A DNA stretch of 63,999 nt, filler included, from Octopus bimaculoides (GCF_001194135.2; 4 parts of 4 records of this genome joined end to end with filler, not necessarily neighbours in it); one strand, 5' to 3'; positions 13,641 through 27,560 are shown, counted from the whole stretch's first letter. Translations and numbers: made by a program. The notes: generated by a model from the letters alone, not told the origin.

Positions 13641-14001
13641 ATAAAGAATCGATACGGAGTTGTAGTGGATGTTGACTTAGGTCGTACACACTCACTAAGC
13701 GGAAGCAAAATAGTTCAAACCAGTAGTGCAACAGTACTGAGTGAAAGTAAAGTAGTACTATGTGAATGCACAATGACTCTAATCGAAGCTACTACCGTAC
13801 TAAATGAATCAACAATTATACGATGTGAAATACGAACGTGCAACCGTAATGAGTAAATGCACACTTACACTAAGTAAATTTACAGCAGTACTAAATGAAC
13901 GTAATGGATTAGCATCAGTTTCAATGAAGAGTTTCAATCATTCAGTCATACTGAACTATCTCTTCGTTCAATTAATGTGTATGCAGCTGAACATACTATA
14001 G
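13641..14001 (+). pseudogene. Exon-like segment containing a decayed 21-bp coding repeat (heptad T-x-V-L-S/N-E-C/S)
   Basis: Strong acceptor (tttttttctgtatcttcatttcAG|13641) and donor (ATAG|GTATGT, 14002). About 10 units at 13686-13902 translate THSLSGS/KIVQTSS/ATVLSES/KVVLCEC/TMTLIEA/TTVLNES/TIIRCEI/[7-nt remnant]/ATVMSKC/TLTLSKF/TAVLNER. Stops occur in all three frames over the whole exon. Confidence 0.45.
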
Positions 14002-14094
14002 GTATGTGTACTCTTAATGTAATCATCAATTGGAATCAGTTTGATGCACGTGACAAAAACTGATTCATAAATTACACGTACAACCCATCTATGT

Positions 14095-14475
14095 GAAGGA
14101 TTGTGGCTTTGTGGGTGGGGTATTACCTTCATGATCTTACGACCAGGGTTTCGAATTCTGGGCTCGGTGGTGCATTACGTTCTTGAGTAAAAGTCCACTC
14201 ATTTGTAAATAAATTCCAGCAATCCAGTGGTTGGGGCAGTGTAGTAACCTCAGTCATTTATACATTATGGAAACCAGGTAAAGCTCCGGTCTTATGGGTC
14301 CTAAGGTTCCTGACAGGGATGGAGGATAAGTCGATTACATCGATCCCGTGATTGACTGGACGGATAAAAAGTAAATTTGATCCCGGAGAAATTTAAACTT
14401 CATAACATAAAGACGGACGAAAGGCCGCTAAGCATTTTGGGAAGCGTGCTAACGATTTTATCAGCTCGCCACCTT
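14095..14475. mobile_element. SINE family C (+, 14095-14310) followed by SINE family B (-, 14330-14475), both diverged
   Basis: gaaggattgtggctttgtgg...ggtttcgaattctgg...ttcttgagtaaaa; then aagtcgattacatcga...gctaagcattttg...cagctcgccacc. Confidence 0.65.
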
Positions 14476-17400
14476 AAGTACAGACGTTATAGTACTAATT
14501 AATTGATGCTGTATTATAGGTGGTAACATAAGACAACAGCGCTGCGGTGTATGAACCTCAGCCGAACACGTTCATATTATTGAGTCCCATTATTATACAG
14601 AATTATAGAAATTTTTGTCATGATATGTGGAAATTTTAGTCGGTTTACACAGTTTGCTCTTCTTAGTTGCAATGCTTTTTGCTTGTTCTGCAATTAAACT
14701 ATTTTCTCTTTCAAATCTACCAGGCCTAATTCTCGTTATAAGAAGTCTTGGGAGGTACGCTAACTATCGACATATGTACAATTAGCTCTAGAAATATTTG
14801 TTTTGGTATGGTTCGGTTTGGTTCGGTAAAGTTAGAATAAGCAGCTATGTTCGTAGATCAATAGAAAATACGTATATGCATGTCAGGTTGTCTGTGTTAA
14901 CAATTGCAGAACGCTATTAGTAAACAAGCTACAATTTACTAATCAGGATGTGAAATTGGCAAACATGAAAAGATGAAAAGACGAGGAAAAAAAAATAAAA
15001 GGAAAGAAAAGAGAGAAAAAGGTAAAGAGAAATAGTGAGAGATTGAGGGAGAGAAAGAGAGAGGGAGGGAGGGAGGGAGGGAGGGAAGGAAGGAGGGAGT
15101 AATCTGTCTGTCACTTTCTATGAATTTCACTTGTTACATTAAATTTGTGTATTGTTTCGCTTTGTTAATTCAATGTCTATTTATTTGGAGTACAATCACT
15201 ATAATTTGGTTTCATTGCAGCAGATGGTAATTGGGGTAAATATCTCAGAAAGCAGTCCAGATTTATTCGTATGTATACTATTCCTGTATATATGTGTATG
15301 AATGTATGGACACAGCAATACATTAAATACATACATACATACATACATACATACATACAGAAATACATACATGCATTACATATATTTATTTACATATACG
15401 TTTATACGCGCGCGCGTGCGTGCCTGTGTGCATAGGAATTATAGTTGCCTGCGAATTCCCAGCATTCTGAAAATTCTCTCACTGAAAGCCTCAATTTGCT
15501 CCCATGAACCATCTCGATACTGAAATAGTGAAGAACGCGCAAGAAGTCATTCTTATGGAATGACCATTCTTATTGGGTCATTCAGGAAGGAGACACACTG
15601 CTCAAAACTTCCACTCAAAGCTTCCATGTGGAGTTACCACTGTGCTGAAGTGGGTGATCGATTGTGATTGTTCCTCGCTGAACACTGCCAGAACAGAAAC
15701 TTCAACACAGATTTGTACAGAGCTGGATGACAGAATGACAGTTTAATACACTATTAATGGCCATAGAAGAGACATAATAGAAATATTCAAAGATTGCAGC
15801 TTCAACTTATCTCCACGTATTCGACAACTAATGTCTTAGATATTGGACTATATCTTAAGATTCGTAGGCACTACTCCTATATAAAGTAATGAATGAGACA
15901 GAATATATTTATAAAATCTCCAATACCCACCGGTTTTAATTAGGAAGCTAGTAGTAGGCAGAAGAAGAAGAACTTCTTATTTATTCTCCATAACCGGATA
16001 TAGCATTTGTGAGCGGTTAGTCAATATGCAGATCCAGCCCTTATACATCGATTTCTGGGAGAATCAGGAAGCGGGAATGCGTATATTTCTAAAAACCCTC
16101 TGTCTGCCTTAAAATCCTACATCAATTCAACGTGTAAATAACACAACTTTTTCTTGTACATAATATTAAAGCCACATATTTCTGCCTAGATGACATCACA
16201 TCTATCATAGCATGTTTCAATCGCAAACGTACATTTGTACCGCCTAAACTCTCCTGGCAAGTTCCGAGATGTGCCCCTATCCATCAAACAGTATGCAGAG
16301 AAAGTATACAAGGCTCATAGCAAGCGAGTTCAAAGAACAATATCTGCAACATCGGCACATCTTAAATCCAGGGTCAGGAGAGTTCCACTTTTTTGTCATC
16401 GAAAAATTTGAAGACGGGAAATGCTCTGACAATTCTCGCTACCTTAGACCAATCCCCATAGTAATATAATGATTTTATATCTTTGTCTTTCTGCAGAACC
16501 TATACATCTTGTTCTACAGTCATTTTGAGGATCCATTAGCATTGATTTCAAATATAGACACAAGGTCTCATAATGGTTAGTGAATTATAGCAAATTAAAT
16601 TTATACCTAGTATTTCACTGACACATACAGAACTGTATGACACATACTCCGTCAGTTACCTTCTCCCAGGAGAGCTTTATAGGATTCGGATTCAAGAGTA
16701 ACAAGGAAAATATTGAATACCTCACACTGTATTGATATATGCTTCTATTTTGTATGGACAAAAATCATAAATGTTAATGAAGAGGAAAGGAGTAAGTTGG
16801 ATTGACGCAAGTGCATAACTGGAACGTATTTAATCGACCAAAGCGGAATGAAAGGCAATGTCGATGCAGATAGTGAAAGGTAAATAAACTAAATGATAAA
16901 AATTATTTAGTGTTCATAAAGAATGGTGGATTACCTGAATCAAAATGCCTCACAGGATTGTTTCAGATTGCCGATGTTATGGAATCAAAACTCATCGAAA
17001 TCAGCTTTACTTTACATCCAACTGCGGTCGATAGAATAAAGTACCAATCAAGTACTAGAGTCGATTTAATCGACTATCCTCTCATCCAAATTTTCTAGCC
17101 TTGTGCCAATGTTATAATATATATCTAGTGGTTAGATTATATCTAACCTCTAGATATATATTATAACATTATAGATATATTATATTTAACCACTACTTTA
17201 GCATTCAGTCAGCAAAAAGTATGGGTATTTTGTTTGTGCAGCAAGAGAAAACTGAAGGAGCAGAAATGATGCGTTGAAGAGTCTGATCACCAAGATTCTT
17301 GTTTGGTAACTCTTGTGCATTGTTTAAGGTGTCCATCTATATATTTCTACGTCCTTTCATCTAAAATAGAAACATACTATATGTGCTTACGGATTTTGTT

Positions 17401-19919
17401 AAAATCTAATACTGTTGAATCTCTTGCATAGATATCGAACTAAGCTTTGTATTACTTGGTTTTTGTTTATCTGGTCACATAGAAAGGAATCATATTTACA
17501 GTCACTACAAAATATCGGTTTTCTTTTGCTAAGCCTATTCCGTATATTTCCATGAGACACGTGAAATAGATTTAGGGATATTTATTTCTTAAATTGAATT
17601 GGTGATTTAGTAAGAAAAGGTGATTGTTTTCAACAATAAATTGCAAGCGGCTAGCAGATTCTCCTCTTTATCAGGTTAACGTCTGTTCTTCAATTCTCGC
17701 CACAATCTAAAACAAAGGGGGGGAAAAAGACAGAATTTCAAATATAACAATCCTGCTATTATCAATGGCGATTCAAACTTCAAAGTTTTCAATATGTATA
17801 GAAACTAATTTCTTTTATACAGAAAGTATTTGCGCTGAACAATGCAATAAAAAAAAACAATATAACATAATCTATGAGTCAAGTTATTGCCGTCTTTTCT
17901 CTCACTATTTTTAGACCCCTCTCTTCTTGAAACATCTTTTACACATACACACCAGTACATATAAACACATATTAGGAAGAATACATTTAGTCATGTGAAC
18001 AGCAAGCATTTTACTACAAACATTACCTCCGTAGTAAATAGTGATTGAATTTTATATCCCCATAAATTATTTTGTGCGGCGAAGACATATTCCGTCACCT
18101 GATCGATCAGCAACAAAATCATACATGCTACGTATTGATTATTCTTACTTGCTACTAACTTCCATTCATTTTAGGGAAATGAAAGTTGGATAATGTGAAT
18201 CTTATTCACTTTTAAGGGATTTAGAGGCGTAACTATAATAGTTTCCAGTAGATTTCTCTGTAACGTACTCCAAAATTCTAGGCAGATTGAAATAAAGTTC
18301 ATCCTCAAAATTGTTTGCCGTCTGTTTATGTTAAATATTATTAACTATTGAACGGGCATGGAAAGTGGGAAACTTATAAAAGAGACGAAGAAAAATCCTA
18401 TCCATATTTACACCCCTTTAGGTTCAGAGTTCAAAACCCACCGAGGTTAGCTTGTGTCTGTGTGTGCACAGGGAATACAATAAAGTACTGAGGTCGATAT
18501 AATCGATTATATCTATTCTCCGTTTTAGTCCCTGTACCTATTTATTGATATTTAGATATACCCATTATAGATTTATATTCTGATTTCAAACATCGCCATC
18601 ATCGATTTTTTCGTTTTTCTTTAATTTCCAGCCAACGTTGATAAAACAAGTATCAATCATGAACTGGAATCTATACAATGAAATGTTCTCCAACCCTTAA
18701 AATAAGTAATCTTATGCGTATGGTAGAAATCATTCTGAAAAAATAAGTCCTTTGAAAATCGTAGTGTTGCTATCAAATGTATATAAATTCTTTTTCCTTT
18801 CTCTTACTTATGTATTTATGCAATGCAATCTATTAGTGTGTTAATGTTTACTTCAGACCAAAGCACATACACAAAGATCCTTGAAATCATCTAGAATAGG
18901 ACCACTCCACTCACTGGCATTCACTCACTAACGGAAATGCCCAAGCTTCTAGGCTAGAGGCGCACTGTATATTCTCTTTCTGTCTGTTCCTTCATTATTA
19001 TAATGATTTCTGCTACTTGATTAGTCTCAAAACACGGTCCTTCAAACAACCACAACCCTGTTCTCTTTCCACCTCTCGTCACACTCGTTACGTCTTTCCC
19101 TCGCCTGGTCCCATACTAAACAATATGCCCTGCTTTCTCCACAGAACTTCGGCCCAGAACACTTTAGTGCGAGTGTTTATCTGCGCATATTCAAATGAAA
19201 TATGACTCGCATCACGCTCATTGGTCAACGAGGGCTTGCAAGGATCATAAGCATTGCTATTTCCTTCAGGTTTAGCAACTAAAATTACATACACACACGC
19301 GCGCACATGTATACACACATACATATATACGCATGCATACATACATACATACGTACATACATACATACATAGATACATATATTACATATTGTTAGAAATA
19401 GTGTAGGATAAAACTATTTATTTAATGCTTTCGTCCCTTTCAGAGATTCATCATGTCTTTCACATATATCTGAGTTAGTTGAAGAAAAGTCTGGAGTTAA
19501 ATTTGTTTTCATGGGTTTTCGAAAGAGCGTATCTGTTTTTTTTTTAATATATATATTTTCAACTAATCATACGCGCGCGCGCACACACACATACACATAT
19601 ACATATATATAAATTATCGATTAAATGCAAAAACAAAAAAAACAAAACGAATAAATAATGAAAAGAGAAAAATCGAAGTTGGGGTCGTGCACAAGAATTA
19701 TATTAGTTTGACACTCGGTGAAAAAGGAGAGTTTTTAATGTCTTCAGTATAGATCTTCGTCGGAAAGGAAGAAGGGAATAAATCCAAAGAAGCAGAAGAA
19801 AAATAGATTGTCATCGGCCCATGATGAATACTTGAAGGTGATGAAAACAGTAAATAAGTAGTTATTATCGAAATCTTGACTGCCTTCTTTTTCACAATAT
19901 ATATATATATAACGTTTTC

Positions 19920-19950
<31 letters not shown>

Positions 19951-20049
19951 CTGACCACTGTGCGATATATACGTACAGCGCATTGCAGGGTCAGCAGTAG
20001 AATAATGAATTTAGGTGCATAATTTTTTGTCATTTATTTAATTTCTGTG

Positions 20050-20382
20050 AAGGCGCATGGCTCAGTGGTTAGAGCGTCGAGCTTACGATCGCGAGGTTGT
20101 GAATTTGAATCCCGGAATGGGCTGTGTGTTGTGTTCTTGAGCAAGACACTTTATTTCACGTTGCTCCCGTTCACTCAGCTGTAGAAATGAGTTGCAACAT
20201 CACTGGTGCCAAGATGTATCGGCCTTTGCTTTTCCCTTGGATAACATCAGTGGTGTGGAGAGGCGATGCTGGTATGCATGGGCGACTGCTGGTCTTCCAT
20301 AAACAACCTTGCCCGGACTTGTGCCTGGGAGGGTAACTTTCTAGGTGCAATCCCATGGTCAGTCATGACCGAAGGGGGTCTC
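20050..20382 (+). mobile_element. SINE family C, full length, well preserved
   Basis: tRNA-like head gaaggcgcatggctcagtggttagagcgtcg...gaatcccgg, then ttgagcaagacactttatttcacgttgctcc; ends gaagggggtctc + A8. Confidence 0.9.
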
Positions 20383-21138
20383 AAAAAAAAATTAATTTCA
20401 TATTACACGCTGTACCGTAAATAACGCTTTATTCTGAAGCATACGTATATGGAATTCTAACAACTGCTCTTTAGTGTTACTGAACCTGAACGAAACATGT
20501 GTGTGTAAAAAGTTTAGAGAAAGCATTTATTCGCAAACATTTACTTATCTGCTTAATATTTCCTTAATATATTAATATTGCTCACAACCGTTTATTTGTG
20601 TCTAAGTATGTTAGCTAAATTGGAAATTATACGTTGTGAGGTTTATTTTATCAGTATTTTTGTTGTATTTTTACCAATACTGTTTGATCACACTATAATC
20701 TTTGTGTAATATATGTACACACATATACACATGCATGCATGTGTTTATGTATCTATGTATATATCTAAGTGTGTATATATATGCATGCATATACATATAT
20801 GTGTGAGACAGTACGTATATATAAACACATAAATACTGTATAATGTATATAGCAAAACATTGCTATAAACCTCGCAAATATTCGAGAATCAATGGGCGTG
20901 GACAGCTAGCTATAGATCTAAAGAAATTATCTGAAGAAATGCTTTAATGACCAATTAGATTTTGGAGAGACAACAAACAGTTGCGAAGGTACTAAGTAAT
21001 TTATGAATTTAGTGTATATTATATTCTTAATTGAATATCGATTACATATGATTAAAAATACTTTATCTGTTAGAAGTTTCAGAGTCTTTACGCAATTTAA
21101 TGACAATGTTTTCATGATGAATATACATACACATATAC

Positions 21139-21170
<32 letters not shown>

Positions 21171-22149
21171 NNNNNNNNNNNNNNNNNNNNNNNNNNNNNN
21201 NNNNNNNNNNNNNNNNNNNNNNNNNNNNNNNNNNNNNNNNNNNNNNNNNNNNNNNNNNNNNNNNNNNNNNNNNNNNNNNNNNNNNNNNNNNNNNNNNNNN
21301 NNNNNNNNNNNNNNNNNNNNNNNNNNNNNNNNNNNNNNNNNNNNNNNNNNNNNNNNNNNNNNNNNNNNNNNNNNNNNNNNNNNNNNNNNNNNNNNNNNNN
21401 NNNNNNNNNNNNNNNNNNNNNNNNNNNNNNNNNNNNNNNNNNNNNNNNNNNNNNNNNNNNNNNNNNNNNNNNNNNNNNNNNNNNNNNNNNNNNNNNNNNN
21501 NNNNNNNNNNNNNNNNNNNNNNNNNNNNNNNNNNNNNNNNNNNNNNNNNNNNNNNNNNNNNNNNNNNNNNNNNNNNNNNNNNNNNNNNNNNNNNNNNNNA
21601 AATATATATATATATATATTTAAGAGAGAGAGAGACAGAGAGAAACAGAGAAGATGTATTATCTTTTTAATAAGCTACTAAAAGATTTAACCAATAAAAA
21701 AAAATGATGAAATATTTCATGAGTTTATGCTGGTATAATGGAAGGTTATATTTTATGTATTTAGATATTATTAATTCCGTTAATTAATAACTGAATTTAT
21801 GCACTCGACATGAAGCACTCAAATTACTTTATTAAAATGATAAAAGTACAATGTAAACATCACCTGAGAATACTAACCAACCCATCTAGATAAAAACAGA
21901 ATTCATCACACCAAGAGATATTTCTGGCCAAGGTTTGAGTATTCATAATCTATTGAGCACGCTGCAAGGTCTTTCATTATCGTCATGTGTAACTGATTTC
22001 AGCAAAGAAATTATGTATGGCCGTAATCCACGTGAAGGGACTATCACTAGCTTTGCACATATAAATAAAGGTTGCATAGTCAAATACATTCAAATGCTGA
22101 ACGTTTCATTGATCTTTTCCATGAGTGAGGCCGACCAGATTTGAATTTC

Positions 22150-22395
22150 TGTTGTGTTGACGCCCCCAGGCGAAGAAGTAGGATCTCCCAAGACATATAA
22201 ATAGAGGTAGTCTAGCCGTGGTAGGAGTGTTGAGTAGCAGTTGAGTAGCAGTTGTGTAGCGGTTGAGTAGAGATCATTCGAAGGTTCTAGATAGCAGTAG
22301 CGTTGAGACATAACAATTTCATACAAATACTTTGTTTCGCCCAAACTTATTTGGGAAATTTCGCTTTTGTTGTAGATTGGTCTTAGCATATAACA
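22150..22395 (+). mobile_element. Probable solo LTR (Gypsy-like), 246 bp
   Basis: TGTTG...TAACA termini, TATAAATAG at 22196-22204, and 11-bp repeats (gttgagtagca)x4 downstream. The TSD is only approximate (tttc/tttt). Confidence 0.4.
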
Positions 22396-23053
22396 TTTTG
22401 AGCGCTGTGGCCACCTAATATTACCACAGTGTTTTACAACTTTTATAAAATACATTCAGTACGTTACGTGTGATACATGAAATATTTCTGAAACGATGAA
22501 ATGGGTAATTTAAATGGATAAAATTAATGTCTGTTATACAGTCATAGAATGTTGATGTATTTCATCAACTTTATTTTGATTCCCTTAGAAAACAGTGACT
22601 TCTGGCACAACCTATACATAGGTTTATATCAAATATATACACGGGAATGTTCTTATTATTGAAAAGAAAAATAACTACTTAATATACCGAAAATAGTTTA
22701 AGTAGATATGGTTCAATTTTTAAAGTATAAATATAAGCAAAATGTATGGGAAAATAGACTGAGTCTAAATGATATGTTAAATAATGATATATTAAAATAT
22801 AAAGAAGCGACAAGACTAAATATAAAGAAGAATGCTCTGTACCATAGTCTTAATTTTTGTCGACTTATTCTGTTATTTGTCTGAGTGCCAGTTGGGGTTG
22901 CACAAAATCCTCGTAAATTTTATAATCGAGACCCTGCTCAGAGCACCACGAAACTGATTCAACTAAAATATAAATATCATATCGTACTATATATATATAT
23001 ATACATACATACGCACACATACATACACACACGCACACAGAAACGCGCGCGCG

Positions 23054-23132
<79 letters not shown>

Positions 23133-23600
23133 TANNNNNNNNNNNNNNNNNNNNNNNNNNNNNNNNNNNNNNNNNNNNNNNNNNNNNNNNNNNNNNNNNN
23201 NNNNNNNNNNNNNNNNNNNNNNNNNNNNNNNNNNNNNNNNNNNNNNNNNNNNNNNNNNNNNNNNNNNNNNNNNNNNNNNNNNNNNNNNNNNNNNNNNNNN
23301 NNNNNNNNNNNNNNNNNNNNNNNNNNNNNNNNNNNNNNNNNNNNNNNNNNNNNNNNNNNNNNNNNNNNNNNNNNNNNNNNNNNNNNNNNNNNNNNNNNNN
23401 NNNNNNNNNNNNNNNNNNNNNNNNNNNNNNNNNNNNNNNNNNNNNNNNNNNNNNNNNNNNNNNNNNNNNNNNNNNNNNNNNNNNNNNNNNNNNNNNNNNN
23501 NNNNNNNNNNNNNNNNNNNNNNNNNNNNNNNATATATAAATATATATATATATACTAGTATATTATATTATATCATATAATATTATATTATACTATATCA

Positions 23601-24060
23601 TATGAAGCGTTTAGTAACAGAATGTCGGAACCGCCATTCCGGCCATTTTCGAGGTTAGTATATAATTTTATTTGTCTCAACGTCTAGAATCCGAAGAAGT
23701 TGGGAGACTTGCAATAAGGTCGAAAAACAATTGTACTTAGACGCTATTGACACGACACTCGCTCACCCAAACTCGGACCAGAGAGTTTAGTAAAACACCA
23801 TCGTAAGCACATATGCTCAATCAATAACTCTGTTGTGGTCCCTGTATCGTTTTGGGATGTATTATGGTTCATTTTCTAATATTCCCATTACCATCATAAC
23901 GAGAATAGGCTCTATTATCTCACAGTCATTTTTAGACCAAAACCAGCTTCCTAACTTCATCCCTTGCCGAGACATCGCATTCTGAAAGTCGCGTAACTTC
24001 GTGTTTTTCTCGGTTTTTAAATTGTGACTCTTACGATGTTCTGTTAGTAAACGCCTCATA
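23601..24060. mobile_element. Tc1/mariner-type MITE, 460 bp
   Basis: TIRs including terminal TA: tatgaagcgtttagtaacagaatgtcg (23601-23627) vs reverse complement of 24034-24060, tatgaggcgtttactaacagaacatcg; 23/27 identical. Confidence 0.8.
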
Positions 24061-24929
24061 TAATATATCTTATATCATTATGTTATATCTTTTATTTTAT
24101 ATTATAAATTATATTATATTATTATATTATGAAATGTTGTATATTATACACATATGTCTGAGCGTATAACTGAAAAGCAATTACACAGTATATGTTATAG
24201 AATGTCTTTCTGACCTCGGGTGTTCACTTTCTCGTCATTCCGATTTTCTTGTTTGTATGCGTTCATCGAAGCGACAAAAAGCATACTGTATATGCGACTT
24301 TGTGTGTTGGCTATGCACATGATGTATGCATGCATGGAGCTGTGATTATCGATGCATGTATGAAGGTATTATGCACATGAGCCTCTATATACAATTACGA
24401 ACAATTAATATAACTGCTGTACCTATTCATACTTACAAACTTTAAATCTTTATAGAACATTAATGCATTAATATATTAGTGCAACAAAATATCTATGACT
24501 ATATTATGAACAGATTTTTACAATACGCTGACAAATAAGCCATTTAAGAAAGTATGGAATGACGAATGGAGAGAATGAAGGAGAGAAAGACACAAAGACA
24601 GTTATGTTAACAAGTCAAATAATCGCTAGCTAAAATCATACTATTGTTCTTTATAATAACAATAACTAGAAATTATATTTATAAAGCTTGTTTCAAGATA
24701 CTCTTAATTCAATTCTGTTAACAATATATCAGCAAGCTGGATGTACTCAGTGTACTAAGGTGGCTTTCATTTTAGAAATAGTGAAAGAGACAAGAAAAGT
24801 CAACTTCAGGAGAGATGTCTGACATAAAATGAGGTTAAGAGCTATAATTGTTGATTTAATTCGTAACACAAGTCTATTCACTTTACAGTCAAGACATGAA
24901 TGCTTAAGCGCAAGGAAAACAGACGGACC

Positions 24930-25145
24930 GTTTTAGATTTTTTTTACTTTCTACTTGTTCAGCCATTAAATTCCGCCTATGCTGGGTCACCGTCTGGAAA
25001 TAAATTAGGCGAACGAAGAGAGATCTGGTATTTTTATGAAACTTTGTGCTTATTCTAATTGTTATCCTTTGCCGAACCGCTATGTTACGGGAATGTAAAC
25101 ATACCAATGCTGGTTGTCAAAGTGTTCGAGGACAAACACAGGTAC
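24930..25145 (-). mobile_element. SINE family A, 3' half
   Basis: ttctacttgttcagccatt...tttgccgaaccgctatgttacggg...ggttgtcaaagtg...gacaaacacag. Confidence 0.8.
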
Positions 25146-25189
25146 ACACACACACAAACACTCACACACACACAGATACGCACACACAT

Positions 25190-25224
<35 letters not shown>

Positions 25225-25324
25225 NNNNNNNNNNNNNNNNNNNNNNNNNNNNNNNNNNNNNNNNNNNNTTAATTAATTAANNNNNNNNNNNNNNNNNNNN
25301 NNNNNNNNNNNNNNNNNNNNNNNN
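25225..25324. other. Artificial scaffold-joining linker (44 N + TTAATTAATTAA + 44 N)
   Basis: Exactly 100 bp; identical at 56204-56303 and 62399-62498. TTAATTAATTAA stops all six frames. Confidence 0.95.
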
Positions 25325-25674
25325 TGGTGAATGCTTCAAAAAAAGATGGGTGAATGTAGCAAGGATGGCACGTGTGAACGACGGAGCCATCTTGAGCATA
25401 ACCCTATGAACAAGAAAAAAAAATAAAACAAAAAGGCAAAAGAGAGTCACTTACTGTTATAGTTTCTTCAATGAGAATATTGACCAAGGTTACCGTGGTC
25501 TTTTCCGTAGGCTTTTCCTTCCACGGCTAAACCTAAACTGTCCTCCCCTCTTTTACACGAGAACATTACTGTGTGATACACGATCCCTATTGATCGGCCT
25601 TTCCTTTTTTTTTTTTTTTTTTCGATCCCTTTTGATCGAACTCCATGACCATCATGCCGTTGATCGAACGCCAT

Positions 25675-25805
25675 GATGTTTAGAGGCCTTCTCAGAGTTG
25701 CAGAAAGGAGTGTATGACCCGCATACAAGTGTACAAGTGGTTCGGACGATTCTAAGATCGCCGAAACAATGTCGATATTGACGAACATTCTGGGAGACCG
25801 TCTCG
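25675..25805 (+). mobile_element. mariner transposase N-terminal HTH fragment
   Basis: From 25714 translates MTRIQVYKWFGRF*DRRNNVDIDEHSGRPS, matching the mariner HTH / 'DxxRSGRP' linker pattern. Confidence 0.7.
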
Positions 25806-25819
25806 GTACATCTCTCGTA

Positions 25820-26150
25820 CAAGTCGACCGATTTCTCTATCTTAGAAGTATTCTTTCCAACAAATGCAGCCTAGAAATAGGATATGGAACACGGAATTAG
25901 ATCAGCCCATTCAGCTTTTAGAAAACTGGCAAAACAAATTTTTAAGAACAAACATATAAGTCAGAATATAAAACTGGTGGTTTATCGAGCTGTCGTCAGT
26001 TCAACATTATTATGCAGCAGTGAAACATGGACGCTTTGTTGGGCTATCAAAGCGTTGTAGTATTTCAATCAACAGAATTTCCGTGCCATATTAGGACCAA
26101 AGATGATGACTAAATAACCAACACTGCTGTCCTAGAAAAAGTCAAGAGTA
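25820..26150 (+). mobile_element. RTE-clade LINE fragment, region C-terminal to RT, frameshifted
   Basis: QVDRFLYLRSILSNKCSL / DMEHGIRSAHSAFRKLAKQIFKNKHISQNIKLVVYRAVVSSTLLCSSETWTL...FNQQNFRAILG; matches the RTE F.YLGS and LLYGSETW motifs. Confidence 0.85.
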
Positions 26151-26699
26151 AAAGATCTTGATTGTGTCGAGAACGATGAAAACTTTTCGCTCGTCATATA
26201 CTTTTCCTATCTGATGTATCCGTCTATGCACCAAATTTAAAATTAATAACTAAAGCAATAAAGAAAAAAACAAGACATGTACTGGATTCGATCTGTTTGT
26301 CTAAACCAAGGATACCCAACATTAACTTGTGTAGGTCGAACTGTGTAAAAGAGAGAAAGAAACCGAGCTGTTTCTTGCAGTACATACCAATACATGCATT
26401 TAAGACAACATTTTTTCGGGGGTCCTTAAAATACAATGGTGGATCCCCAATTTTCTATTTTGTGGCATGGACCCCTAAAAAATCTTATATGGACCGTCGG
26501 AACCATATGGGCACCGGCTGAGAATAATTTGTCTCGATCAACCTGACACAGCAGCCAAGTCTCCCTCAAATGAAAACCTATCGTGAAAGAAAAAAGGTTA
26601 TGATACGGTGTAATCCGTAATATAACCAACCATTCTTAATGCCTTCACCACTACTTCTACCACATTCTTCACCATATTTCCCATCAATACCAATTTGCA

Positions 26700-26847
26700 G
26701 CACCGACAACAACCTTTGCAATGGTCACAACTGATACAACCATCGCAACCGTCACTACCACCAACAACACCCTCATTACCAATTTCTGTTTCGATCTCGT
26801 TCCTCCAACACCAAAACCACCACCACCACCACCACCACCACCACCAT

Positions 26848-26894
<47 letters not shown>

Positions 26895-27560
26895 TCTCCA
26901 TCACTACCGCTACCAGTACTAGAACCACCATCACCACCACNNNNNNNNNNNNNNNNNNNNNNNNNNNNNNNNNNNNNNNNNNNNNNNNNNNNNNNNNNNN
27001 NNNNNNNNNNNNNNNNNNNNNNNNNNNNNNNNNNNNNNNNNNNNNNNNNNNNNNNNNNNNNNNNNNNNNNNNNNNNNNNNNNNNNNNNNNNNNNNNNNNN
27101 NNNNNNNNNNNNNNNNNNNNNNNNNNNNNNNNNNNNNNNNNNNNNNNNNNNNNNNNNNNNNNNNNNNNNNNNNNNNNNNNNNNNNNNNNNNNNNNNNNNN
27201 NNNNNNNNNNNNNNNNNNNNNNNNNNNNNNNNNNNNNNNNNNNNNNNNNNNNNNNNNNNNNNNNNNNNNNNNNNNNNNNNNNNNNNNNNNNNNNNNNNNN
27301 NNNNNNNNNNNNNNNNNNNNNNNNNNNNNNNNNNNNNNNNNTCCTCCCCCCTCTTCCACCATCACAACCATTATCAACGCTACCACTATCATCATCATCA
27401 CCACTACTACCACAACCATCCCTCCCACCACCACGACGACGACGACCACCACTACCACTACCACTACAACTACTGCAAATAGCATCGCCACCACCACCGC
27501 CACCACCACCACCAGCAACAACACCAGCAACAACACCAGCATCCCTTCCACCCTAACCAA
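26700..27560. repeat. Compound (CAC)n/(TAC)n/(CAA)n trinucleotide low-complexity tract around a gap
   Basis: Directly visible. Confidence 0.9.

Noticed and set aside
13728-13902. Regularly spaced TGA codons as possible selenocysteine or read-through
   Set aside because: TAA occupies the same position in other units and no SECIS was seen; the stops are better explained as the off-frame reading of the coding repeat.
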